Source: Vicugna vicugna (Eukaryota). From it: a DNA stretch of 64,000 nt. The position numbers and the translations under genes are program-made. The stretch is taken from the NCBI GenBank assembly GCA_013265495.1, contig MU058065.1, positions 746,001-810,000 of the forward strand. The letters are read 5' to 3'. Under the pieces are notes generated by a model. It was not told the origin of the DNA. It worked only from the letters and a program-made list of their open reading frames with translations, and did no database searches. How positions within the stretch are numbered: the stretch's first letter is position 1; every line of letters starts with the position of its first letter. This document shows positions 36,290 through 48,154 of this stretch, piece after piece.

Positions 36290-38610
36290 TTGAAATCAGA
36301 TAAATCTACTCTTATTTTATTTTGCCTTTTCAAAATTGTTTTTCCTTATATAGGTCCTTTGCCCTACATACAAATTTTAGGATAATATTGTCTATATCTA
36401 TAAAAATCTTGTGAGGGTTTTGATAGAAATTTCTCTAATCCTGTATAACCATTTGGGAAGAATTGACATCTTTACTAAGTTGAGTCTTCTAAAACCGATG
36501 ATATGACTCTCCACTAATTTAAATCTTTTATATTTGAAGAGGGTTTTGTGGTTTTTCAGTATAGACATCCTGTATGTGTTTCATTAGACTTACATTTTAA
36601 GCAATTGTAAGTGGTATGGTATTTTCAATTTCAGTGTCAATTGCTATAGAAATGCAATTGATGTTTGTACATTTCTCTCACATCCTGCAATATTGCTGAA
36701 ATCACTCATCAGCTTCAGGAATGTTTTTTGTTTGTTTTGTAAAACCATTGCATCTTTTTACACAGAGAGTTACGCCATTTAAAAATAGGGAGAGTTTTAT
36801 TTCTTCTTTTATGTCTTGTGTGCTTTTATTTTCTTTTCCTGCCTTCATCTGCTGGATAGAACTAGCAGTATGTCACTTCAAAACAACAGTGCACATCTTT
36901 GCCTTTTTCCCAATCTCAGGTGGAAGGATTCTGTCTTTCACCAATAATTATGTTGATAGCTGTAGGTTTTTAATGGATACTCTATAAAATTTAGGAAGTT
37001 TTCCTCTTTCCCTACATTTTGGAGTGTTTTTAATCACTTACAGCTTTTTGAAATTATTTGTCAAAATCATCAACTGATACGATCATGTGACTTTTTTCTT
37101 CTTAGTCTGTTAATATAGTGTTTTATATTGGTTGCTTTATGAATATTGAACAAGTCTTGGAATGAACCCTCCATCTATTGGGATGGTATCATTAACAAAA
37201 TTGTTCTATTTTTGTCTAAATTATATTCCTATCTTAGAATAAACTCAATATTGTCATAATATATTATCTTTTTTCTCTATTGCTGGATTAATTTTGTTAA
37301 TATTTCATCATGGCATATTACATCTATGTTTTTGAGTGAGATTGCCTTGTAATTTTCCTTTTAAAAATTATTTGGATGCTAGATATTGTTATCAAGGTTA
37401 TGATGACCTTATAAAATGTGTTGGAAACTATTCTGTTTCTATTCTCTGGAAGAATTTGTATGTGTCTGTTGTCATTTCTTCCTGATGTGTTTGGCAGAAT
37501 TCACTGGTGAATTCTTTTCAGTCTTGGTAATTTGTGTTTTTTAGGAATTTGTCATTTTATCTAATTTTCATTGCTTTAAAGTTGATCATGATAACTTTGT
37601 GTATCTTTTTAATATTTGTGGTATTAATTGTGATGTTACTGATTTTAGTCCTGGCTGTTTAAGTTATCTCTCTCTGTTTCTCTCTCTCTCCCTTTTTGTT
37701 TATCAATATTATAAAGGATTTGTTAATTATATTAGTCTTTTTGAAGTATTAGCTTTTGGTTTTGTTGATTCAGTATATTGTGTATTTGTTCTCTATTTTA
37801 TTATTTTTAATTCTTTATTATTTTTCTTCTATTTTAATTGACCTTAATTTAATGTTAATAAATTTTTTGGACAGGATTTTAGATGGTGTTTTCTGCCTTT
37901 TAAAAAATCTAATAAACTTATTTAAGGCTAAAATTTCTCTGTAACTGCAGCTATGCTTTATCTTAACATGCTGAGGTATATTATTGTTTTATTTATACTG
38001 AGTTCAATATATTTTTATTTAGAAATGTGTTCCTTAATTTCCAAACATATGGGAATTCTCAGGGGCTTTTTTATTTGTTTATTTTTTAATTGATTTTTAA
38101 ATTAATTCCACACTGATTAGGGAATTAACTCTGCATTTTTTGAATCCTATGGCTTGTTGAGATGGTTTTATTGCTAGTAAATGATCAGTTTTGCTAAGTA
38201 CTTCATGGTTACACATAAAAATATTTTATTTTGGAATTATTAGTGTAGTATTTTTATATGTTAACCCAAGTCTAGAACTCTGTTGTTCAGATCTTCTATA
38301 TGCTTACTACCTTTTTAATCTTCTTGTTCTATCAATTTCTAAAAGATGTTTATTAAAGTCTCCCAATTTTTAAAAGTTGGATGATTTTTCTTTAAGTTTT
38401 CTTAATTTTTTCTTTATGTATTTTAGTCTAGGTTATTGTGTTCTGTGTTTTTGTTGGCTGACCCTTTTTAATTAATGAAATGTCCCTTTTATTTCTATTA
38501 ATTATTCCTGCCTTAAATTATTTTTTGACATTTATTTAGCAGCTTCTTCTCTTTATTATTTAAAGGGTACTTTTACCATTTTAATCTTTATGTTGTGCCT
38601 TTTAGAAACA
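36290..38610 (-). mobile_element. L1 ORF2 fragments
   Basis: Antisense ORF2 text: TTTGGGAAGAATTGACATCTTTAC...AGAAATGCAATTGAT...CAGAATTCACTGGTGAA...TTAAAGTCTCCCAAT. Confidence 0.75.
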
Positions 38611-38644
38611 ACATCGAGGCTCGTTTAACAAATTTATTTTATTA

Positions 38645-39040
38645 TGGAACAACATAGAAATTACCAATATCAAAAATAAATGCAGAATATTACTATAGAT
38701 CTTACAGACACTTAAAGGGTAAGGGGACAGGACAGACTAATTTTTTTCAATAAATTAGATAGCTTAGATGACATACAGAGCTGACTTCAAAGCCACAAGT
38801 GCCAGAACACACTCAAGAGGAAATAGGTAACCTGAACAGCATCACATTTCTAACAGAATTTATTTACAGCAAATAACACTCCAAGAGTACATAGTTTCAT
38901 TGCTTTCTTCTATCAAGTATCTTAGGAAGAAATAATTCTAGTGTATACAAACTTAGGGAAAGAGTCAGCAGAAATACCTTCAAATCAATTTTTATGAGGC
39001 TAGCATCACACTGATGCCAAACCTAATGAAGCCCTGTAAG
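38645..39040 (+). mobile_element. L1 ORF2 fragment in opposite orientation to its neighbours
   Basis: AAATTACCAATATCAAAAATAAA...TACTATAGATCTTACAGAC...CTCAAGAGGAAATAGGTAACCTGAA...TTTATGAGGCTAGCATCACACTGATGCCAAA. Confidence 0.75.
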
Positions 39041-39139
39041 ATTTCCTTTTTTGATCTCTTTTTTGATGCAGATTATTTAAATATGTGTAGTTAATTTCAA
39101 AAATCTGGAGAGTTCATAGACATCTTATTGTTTCTGTTT

Positions 39140-40155
39140 TATTTTTATTTTATTTTTAATTGATGCATTTAATTTTCAGAGCAGTTTTAAATTCACAGCA
39201 AAACTGGGCAGAAAGTGCAGAGGTTTCTTATACCCCTTGTCTCCAACATGCTCAAACTCTCCCACTTTTAACATCTCACACCAGAGTGTCATATTTGTTA
39301 CAATCAATTAACCTACACTGACATTTCTTTTTCACTCACAGTCCATAGTTAGTTACATTGGGGCTCACGCAAGACATTTGACAAATATATAATGATATGT
39401 ATTTACTATTTCAGTATATGTATTTACAAAATAGCTTTACTCCCTTGAAAATTCTGTGTTCTGCCTATTTATCCCACGTTCTCCTCTAAGCTATGGCAAC
39501 TACTAATCTTTTTAATGTCTGTATCATTTTGACTTTTCCAGAATGTCATATAATTAGAATCACATAGCACGTAGCTGTCTCAGATTGTGTTTTTTGATTT
39601 CGTAGTATGTATTTCAGCTTCCTCCATGTCTTTTCATGGCTTTGATAGCTCATTTCTTTTAGCACTAATATTCCATTTGTCTGGATGTACCACAGTTTAT
39701 TTATGCATCTACCCAAGGACATCTTGATTGCATCAATAATGAATAATGAATTGGTTTTGACAATAATGAATAAAGGTGCTATAAATATTCATGTGCAAGT
39801 TTTTGTGTGAAAATAAAATTTTCAGGCCATTTGAGTAAATACCAAGTAACACTACTGTAGGGTTATATGGTAAAGATATGCTTAGTTTTGTAAGAATCTG
39901 CCAACTGTCTTCCATAGTGGTCATATTATTTTGCATTTCCATCATCAATGAATGGTATTCCTGTTGCTTAATATTTTTACCAGCATTCAATGTTATCAGC
40001 GATCCAGATTTTTGCCATTCTAATGGATGTGTAGAGGTAACTCATTGTTTTAATTTGCAATTCTACAATGATTAATGATGGTTAATATCTTTTCATATGT
40101 CTATTTACCATCTTTATATCTCTTTCGTGAGATGTCTGTTCTTGTCTTTTCCCCT
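39140..40155 (-). mobile_element. L1 (L1MC-like) 3' end
   Basis: GAGCAGTTTTAAATTCACAGCAAAACTG...CACCAGAGTG...AGTCCATAGTT; minus ORF 39733-39990 resembles the ORF2 C-terminus (LPYNPTVVLLGIY). Confidence 0.85.
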
Positions 40156-40630
40156 TTTTTATTTTTTTTTAATTATTGAAGTTTTTTGACATACAGAAAA
40201 CCCCTGTACATATTTAATGTATACACCTTGATGTATTTGGAGATACACATGCATCATGATACCATCACTATAATCTATGCCATAAGTGCATCCATCACTT
40301 CCAAAAGTTTTCTTCTGCCCTCTCTATTTATTATTAATTTTGTGATAAGAACACTTAACATAAGATCTACCCTCTTTAAGTGTACAATACTGTAGTATTA
40401 TTAACCATGGGCTCTATGCTGTACAGGAGATTTCCAGGATTTATTCATCTTGTGTGACTGAACTTTGTACCATTTCATTAGTATCTCTCCATTTTCCCCT
40501 CTCCCTGTCCCTGGCAACCCCCATTCTGTTCTCTGCTTCTATGAATTTGACTCCTTTAGATGCCTCATATTAGTGGCCTCATACAGTATTTGTCCTTCTG
40601 TGTCTGGCCTGTTTCACTTAGCATGATGAC
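40156..40630 (-). mobile_element. L1 (L1MA-like) 3' end
   Basis: GTACATATTTAATGTATACA...ATAAGAACACTTAACATAAGATCTACCCTCT...CCCTGGCAACC...TTTCACTTAGCATGATG. Confidence 0.8.
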
Positions 40631-40634
40631 CGCC

Positions 40635-43230
40635 TATATGCATGAGAGATACTAGTCTGTAGTTTTCCTGTGATGTCTTTGTCTAGATTTGGAATTATGG
40701 TAATGCTGGCCTCAGAGAATGAGTTACGAAGTACTTCCTAAACTTCTATTCTCTGCAAGAGACTGTAAAGGATTGATAACACTTTCTTTCTTAAATGGTT
40801 GGTGGAATTCAACAGTCAGATCATCTGGCCCTGGTACTTTCTATTTTGGAAGGTAACTAATTATTGGTTTAATATCTCCAATAAATATAAGCCTATTAAG
40901 ATTACCAATTTCTTCTTGTGTAAATTTTGATAGGTCTTCTTTTCCAAAGAATTGAACCATTTCACATGAGTTAAATAATTTGAGGACATAGAGCTATTCA
41001 TAATATTCCTTTTTTTATTGAAGTACAGTTACAGCATGTTAATCTCTGGTATACAGCACAATGTCCCAGTCATGCGTATATATACATATATTCATTTTCA
41101 TTACAGTTAACATTCCTTTATTTTCATTTTAATGTTTATGAAATCTACAACGATGTACCCTCTTTCATCTATAATGTTAGCAATTTGTGTCCTCTCTGTG
41201 TTGTCTTAGTTAGCCTAACTAGAAGTTTATTGATTTTATCAATCTTTCCAAGGACTGTTTTGGTTGTGTTAATTTTCTCTACTGATTTTCTGCTTACAAT
41301 TGCACTTATTTCTGCTCTATTTTTTATTTTCTTCTACTTATTTTGGGAATAGTTTCCTTTTCTTTTTATTTCTAAGTTTCCTAAGAAAGAAGCTTAGATT
41401 ATTGATTTCAGATTTTGCTTTTCTAATATGCATTCTATTATAAAGTTTCACCTAAGCAGTGTTTGGGCTGCATCCCACACATTTGATACATTATATTTGC
41501 ATTTTAATTCACTTCAAAATATTTTAAAAAATAGACTGAGATCTATTCTTTGACCCATTTGTCATTTAAAAGTGTCTTGTTTAATCTTCAAGTGTATTGG
41601 AATTTTCCATCTATCTTTCTGTTATTGATTTCTTGTTTAATGTCTTGTGGTCTGACAGCAGATTTTGTATGATTACTAGTCCTTTAAATTTGTTAAGGTA
41701 TGCTTTGTGGTCCAGAATGTGAACTATCAGTGAATGTTTCACATGAGCTTGAAAAGAATACATTCTGCTGCTGTTGGATGAAGTGTTCTATAGATGTCAA
41801 TTATAAGCACTTGATTGACGGTACTATTAAGTTCAATTATGTCATTACTGATTTTCTGCCTGACAGATTTGTCTGTTTCTGATAGAGGGATGTTAAATTC
41901 TTCAACTGAAATTGTGGATTCATCTATGTCTCCTTGCAGTTCTCTTAGTTTTGGCCTCACGTATTTTGATGATCCAGTATTAGGTTAATACATATGAAAG
42001 ATTATGTCTTCTTGGAGGATTAGTTACATGACTATCATTTGTAATGCCCCTCTTTATCTTTAATAATTTCTCTTGGTCTGGTATCTACCCTTTTTGAAAT
42101 TAATACAGCTACTCCTGCTTTCTTTTGATTAGTGTTGCTGTGGTATAGATTCCTCTGTCCCTTTGCTTTTAATCTCTATGAGTCTTTATATTTAAAGTGG
42201 GTTTCCTATGGACAACATACCTCCACTCTTGACAATCTCTTCTTTTCAATTAACATATTTAAACCATTGATATCTAAGGTGATTATTGATTAAATACATC
42301 TCCAGTAATATATAACTTATTTGTTACTTCCTCCATTATCTCTATTCTGTGATTACAAAATTTCAATGATTTAAAATTTTTGTATATATATATATTGTAT
42401 TTTTGTTATAGAATTTCTACTTGATTTTTAATTTTATTCAATTTTTCTGATGCACTTGTCTGTATTTGTCATTCATTGTGAGAAGACTTTTCTTCATGAT
42501 CTTTTGCATAGTTCCGCTTTAAAACTCTTTTCTAATAAGTCCAGCTTTTGCATCATCTCAGCAGTTGCTTTTGATTGTTTTTTCCCTTGTAATTGGTCAC
42601 ATTTTATTGATCCTTCAAATATTTAGTAATACTGAATTTTATCTTGGGACATTGTGAAAGGCATATTAGGTATATTCTGGTTGTAATCATATACATGTAC
42701 CTTTTGCTTGCTTGTTTTCTTTAACATGTAATTATATTGGTTGGATTCAAACTGTAAACTCTGTTTCTTGGCTGGCGATTCAACTTCAGTAATTATTTTA
42801 GATTTTAGAATATGCTCTATACTTACTTGTTTAGAGGTTAGCCTGAGTTGGGAAAAGTTTATGCCCAAAATTCGTAGCTTTCCCTCTGTGACTCATTCCT
42901 TTCTGGAACTCCTCCTGGTGATTTATCAGTAGCGACAGTTCACCAAATTTTTGTCCTATGGTTCAGGTCAGAAATTCTATGGGGGTTTTAGATGACCCAT
43001 GTGTAGATTTTACTCAGGTTAAAAGTTTTAAAAATTGGTAGCTTAATTGTTCGACTTCTTTCTTCCAAATGTCAACTTCCATCCAGAAATCATGTGCTTT
43101 TGTTCACTCTCCAGTGCCTTTAGGTCATTATGGGTTGTTTGCTTATGTTTGTTTGTTTATATTTTTGAAAATGTATAATTATAATAGATGTCAGCTCCTG
43201 TAAGAGCTGTTTGGTCATGCCAGCACTAAA
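40635..43230 (-). mobile_element. L1 ORF2 (endonuclease region) and upstream fragments
   Basis: Minus ORF 41739-41960 (ELQGDIDESTISVEEFNIPLSETDKSVRQKISNDIIELNSTVNQVLIIDIYRTLHPT) is a recognisable degenerate L1 ORF2 endonuclease segment. Confidence 0.85.
41013..41107 (-). mobile_element. Short lineage-type L1 3' end nested in an older L1
   Basis: TTTTATTGAAGTACAGTTACAGCATGTTAATCTCTGGTATACAGCACAATGTCCCAGTCATG; flanks TAATATTCCTTT (41001-41012) and TAACATTCCTTT (41108-41119). Confidence 0.75.
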
Positions 43231-43919
43231 ATCTCTGGTCAGACTATTTTATCCAGTTTTCTCAAGGTAAAGAAAAAAATAGCAATGATTCCAAATGATC
43301 CACTTACTTACAGTATCTAGAATATTTTAAAAATCAACTTATAATACCATTTTGTGTTTGACTCTGTAAGTAAATTATCCTTTAGAAGAAAAATTTAAAT
43401 CAAAATGACAAGTGCTTATAGCTTAATTCTAATATGTTATATCTAATTTTATCATTAACTAACAATATTTGTCTAATCACAATTGATGTTGTGCTCTAGC
43501 TATGAATTATCAACTACTATTTATAAGTAAGAAGTACAAACGGTTTTCCTAGTTACTCATAATCAGTCTTTGAAGCTCTTGCAATTAAATCCAGTGTTAT
43601 TATTAGCTTTTATTTGTTTACTTCATTTTGTTTTGTTGTTTAATGGTCTATATGCTAATGTGTGGACAATCGATTGCTTACCACACAAAAAAAAAGATGC
43701 ACAGTATTTTCAGAAAATCTTTATTAAGAGAATATAAACATATATTTATTGGTTTAATATGGTAGTAAACAGCACGGGCTCTGCAGTTAGATTTCCTTCT
43801 GATGTTTGATTCAAACAGCACTCTTCTCATCTATCTTCTCCAATCATTGTAATTTACATTACAACCAACAACCCTCCACTCCTTATTTACGTTCCTACTT
43901 CATCTTCTTTACACTTACC

Positions 43920-43963
<44 letters not shown>
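43920..43963 (+). repeat. (TA)n microsatellite
   Basis: Direct reading, with one interruption. Confidence 0.95.
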
Positions 43964-43965
<2 letters not shown>

Positions 43966-43979
43966 CACTTAATAGCAAT

Positions 43980-44425
43980 TGGTTCATAACAGCACTGTCT
44001 GTAATAGCTTGAAACTGGAATCCAACTTAAATGTCCATCTAGAGTAGAACAAATAAATACATTTTAGTAAACTAACATATTCATTCATTGTAATACCATT
44101 ACATAAATGAGAATGAATGACTGCAACATCACACAACATGGATGAAAATTAAAAACATTAAAATAAACATTAATTACAGTTTACAAAACAGGCATATGTC
44201 ATTTATGATTTGAGAAATGAATAGAGTGTTTATCCTTCAGAAGGGCAGACGGGCCTTGGGAGGCTATTAAGGGCCTTTATGGGGTACTGGCAATATTGTT
44301 TTTTGATCTGGATTTTGGCTGCACAGTTGGGTTCAATTTATAAGAATTCATGGAGCTCTACACTTATGATTTATGTACTTTTCTGTAAGCATGTTGTATT
44401 TGAATGAGAAACTTACCTGAAAAAA
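43980..44425 (+). mobile_element. L1 (L1ME-like) 3' end
   Basis: GTTCATAACAGCACTG...AAATGTCCATC...CAACATGGATGAA...TTGATCTGG...ACACTTATGATTTATGTACTTTTCTGTA. Confidence 0.7.
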
Positions 44426-45311
44426 CTAAGGTACAAACTGAAATGGCCTGATTGTTCTCTCACCTCAGTGACCTCTCACATGGACATAAATCCCAAATGT
44501 TATTTGATTTAGCTTTTCTCAAGAATATCAATAGACAGTTTACTCTAGTAGAACAAATAATTTCTTTTTTATTGTCACGCTGCTATCAATTATTTTTCCA
44601 TGTGTTTCTTATTATATTTAAGTAATAATTCATTCTTTTTTACAGAATGTCAAAATACCTTCTAGTAATAAAAACAAAACCAAAAGACAGATGGCAAACA
44701 ATAAAATTACAAACAAGAAACAGGTGAGGAAGAAAAGTGGCTGCCATAGAAAAAATTTTTCTCAAATATTTAAATTCTATTTTAATGTGTTAATAACAGG
44801 GTTTCTGCATGTAAATCAATATTCCATTAAATACTGACACAGCTAAATCACTCTCATTATATTGTGTTACACATTAAGATTGCCTCTATAATTTAATGAC
44901 CCTGCATTACTCTTTTATATGACTAATTATGCATTTTTATTTTTTAAACTCAAATTGTAAAGTTCATTAGGGCAGAGACTGGTATATGTGTGTGCCTGTG
45001 TCTGTGTGTGTATTTAATTTAATTTTTTTTTTTTGGTTTACTCAGCACTTAGCACTGTGTTATTCAACAAAAAACGAGTGGACAGATTCTCAGATACAGT
45101 AAGTTTCACTTCTCACATTCTCTCCTTTAGATTTATGAGTCTTAATTTCAAGAACCAAACAGGAAGTCAGTAGGTTAAAAAATAGAAAAATTGAATGTTT
45201 AGAATTCATTTTTATGATTTCTCTTCTCTCTGAAAATACTGCTTTTGGCCTGTGACCCCGTCTACCTCTAATAGCCATCTGTCCTTATAGATCTTCAGCT
45301 GTTCCAGCTAC

Positions 45312-48154
45312 AGATGGACAGCAGTTGCACAGATGCGAGATGGACAGCAGTTGCACATATGCACAGATGGACAGCAGTTGCACAGACGCACAGATGGACA
45401 GTAGTTGCACAGACGCGAGATGGACAGCAGTTGCACAGACACACAGATGGACAGTAGTTGCACAGACGCACAGATGGACAGTAGTTGCACAGACGCGAGA
45501 TGGACAGCAGTTGCACAGACACACAGATGGACAGTAGTTGCACAGACGCACAGATGGACAGTAGTTGCACAGACGCGAGATGGACAGCAGTTGCACAGAC
45601 ACACAGATGGACAGTAGTTGCACAGACGCACAGATGGACAGTAGTTGCACAGACGCGAGATGGACAGCAGTTGCACAGACACACAGATGGACAGTAGTTG
45701 CACAGACGCACAGATGGACAGTAGTTGCACAGACGCGAGATGGACAGCAGTTGCACAGACACACAGATGGACAGTAGTTGCACAGACGCACAGATGGACA
45801 GTAGTTGCACAGACGCGAGATGGACAGCAGTTGCACAGACACACAGATGGACAGTAGTTGCACAGACGCACAGATGGACAGTAGTTGCACAGACGCGAGA
45901 TGGACAGCAGTTGCACAGACACACAGATGGACAGTAGTTGCACAGACGCACAGATGGACAGTAGTTGCACAGACGCGAGATGGACAGCAGTTGCACAGAC
46001 ACACAGATGGACAGTAGTTGCACAGACGCACAGATGGACAGTAGTTGCACAGACGCGAGATGGACAGCAGTTGCACAGACACACAGATGGACAGTAGTTG
46101 CACAGACGCACAGATGGACAGTAGTTGCACAGACGCGAGATGGACAGCAGTTGCACAGACACACAGATGGACAGTAGTTGCACAGACGCACAGATGGACA
46201 GTAGTTGCACAGACGCGAGATGGACAGCAGTTGCACAGACACACAGATGGACAGTAGTTGCACAGACGCACAGATGGACAGTAGTTGCACAGACGCGAGA
46301 TGGACAGCAGTTGCACAGACACACAGATGGACAGTAGTTGCACAGACGCACAGATGGACAGTAGTTGCACAGACGCGAGATGGACAGCAGTTGCACAGAC
46401 ACACAGATGGACAGTAGTTGCACAGACGCACAGATGGACAGTAGTTGCACAGACGCGAGATGGACAGCAGTTGCACAGACACACAGATGGACAGTAGTTG
46501 CACAGACGCACAGATGGACAGTAGTTGCACAGACGCGAGATGGACAGCAGTTGCACAGACACACAGATGGACAGTAGTTGCACAGACGCACAGATGGACA
46601 GTAGTTGCACAGACGCGAGATGGACAGCAGTTGCACAGACACACAGATGGACAGTAGTTGCACAGACGCACAGATGGACAGTAGTTGCACAGACGCGAGA
46701 TGGACAGCAGTTGCACAGACACACAGATGGACAGTAGTTGCACAGACGCACAGATGGACAGTAGTTGCACAGACGCGAGATGGACAGCAGTTGCACAGAC
46801 ACACAGATGGACAGTAGTTGCACAGACGCACAGATGGACAGTAGTTGCACAGACGCGAGATGGACAGCAGTTGCACAGACACACAGATGGACAGTAGTTG
46901 CACAGACGCACAGATGGACAGTAGTTGCACAGACGCGAGATGGACAGCAGTTGCACAGACACACAGATGGACAGTAGTTGCACAGACGCACAGATGGACA
47001 GTAGTTGCACAGACGCGAGATGGACAGCAGTTGCACAGACACACAGATGGACAGTAGTTGCACAGACGCACAGATGGACAGTAGTTGCACAGACGCGAGA
47101 TGGACAGCAGTTGCACAGACACACAGATGGACAGTAGTTGCACAGACGCACAGATGGACAGTAGTTGCACAGACGCGAGATGGACAGCAGTTGCACAGAC
47201 ACACAGATGGACAGTAGTTGCACAGACGCACAGATGGACAGTAGTTGCACAGACGCGAGATGGACAGCAGTTGCACAGACACACAGATGGACAGTAGTTG
47301 CACAGACGCACAGATGGACAGTAGTTGCACAGACGCGAGATGGACAGCAGTTGCACAGACACACAGATGGACAGTAGTTGCACAGACGCACAGATGGACA
47401 GTAGTTGCACAGACGCGAGATGGACAGCAGTTGCACAGACACACAGATGGACAGTAGTTGCACAGACGCACAGATGGACAGTAGTTGCACAGACGCGAGA
47501 TGGACAGCAGTTGCACAGACACACAGATGGACAGTAGTTGCACAGACGCACAGATGGACAGTAGTTGCACAGACGCGAGATGGACAGCAGTTGCACAGAC
47601 ACACAGATGGACAGTAGTTGCACAGACGCACAGATGGACAGTAGTTGCACAGACGCGAGATGGACAGCAGTTGCACAGACACACAGATGGACAGTAGTTG
47701 CACAGACGCACAGATGGACAGTAGTTGCACAGACGCGAGATGGACAGCAGTTGCACAGACACACAGATGGACAGTAGTTGCACAGACGCACAGATGGACA
47801 GTAGTTGCACAGACGCGAGATGGACAGCAGTTGCACAGACACACAGATGGACAGTAGTTGCACAGACGCACAGATGGACAGTAGTTGCACAGACGCGAGA
47901 TGGACAGCAGTTGCACAGACACACAGATGGACAGTAGTTGCACAGACGCACAGATGGACAGTAGTTGCACAGACGCGAGATGGACAGCAGTTGCACAGAC
48001 ACACAGATGGACAGTAGTTGCACAGACGCACAGATGGACAGTAGTTGCACAGACGCGAGATGGACAGCAGTTGCACAGACACACAGATGGACAGTAGTTG
48101 CACAGACGCACAGATGGACAGCAGTTGCACAGACACACAGATGGACAGCAGTTG
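45312..48154. repeat. Minisatellite (VNTR-like), 26-27 bp monomers in an 80-bp higher-order repeat
   Basis: Monomers A=AGATGGACAGCAGTTGCACAGACACAC (27), B=AGATGGACAGTAGTTGCACAGACGCAC (27), C=AGATGGACAGTAGTTGCACAGACGCG (26). (ABC)x33 spans 45418-48057, with four monomers to the left and A,B,A plus a partial unit to the right: 106 full monomers. The ORF track repeats with exact 80-bp periodicity. Confidence 0.99.

Noticed and set aside
41739..41960. Endonuclease-like ORF as a functional gene
   Set aside because: A degenerate L1 ORF2 fragment surrounded by stops and frameshifts.
45285..48138. 921-947 aa Cys-rich ORFs as a real gene (zinc-finger array such as PRDM9/KRAB-ZNF, keratin-associated protein or metallothionein-like)
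   Set aside because: The period is 80 bp, not the 84 bp of C2H2 arrays, and is not a multiple of 3. There is no HxxxH/TGEKP pattern and no ATG start, and all three frames are equally open. Not listed as a CDS; kept only as a speculative finding.
45312..48154. CRISPR-like array of ~27-bp repeats
   Set aside because: Units are directly adjacent with no unique spacers, there are no cas genes, and the context is mammalian.
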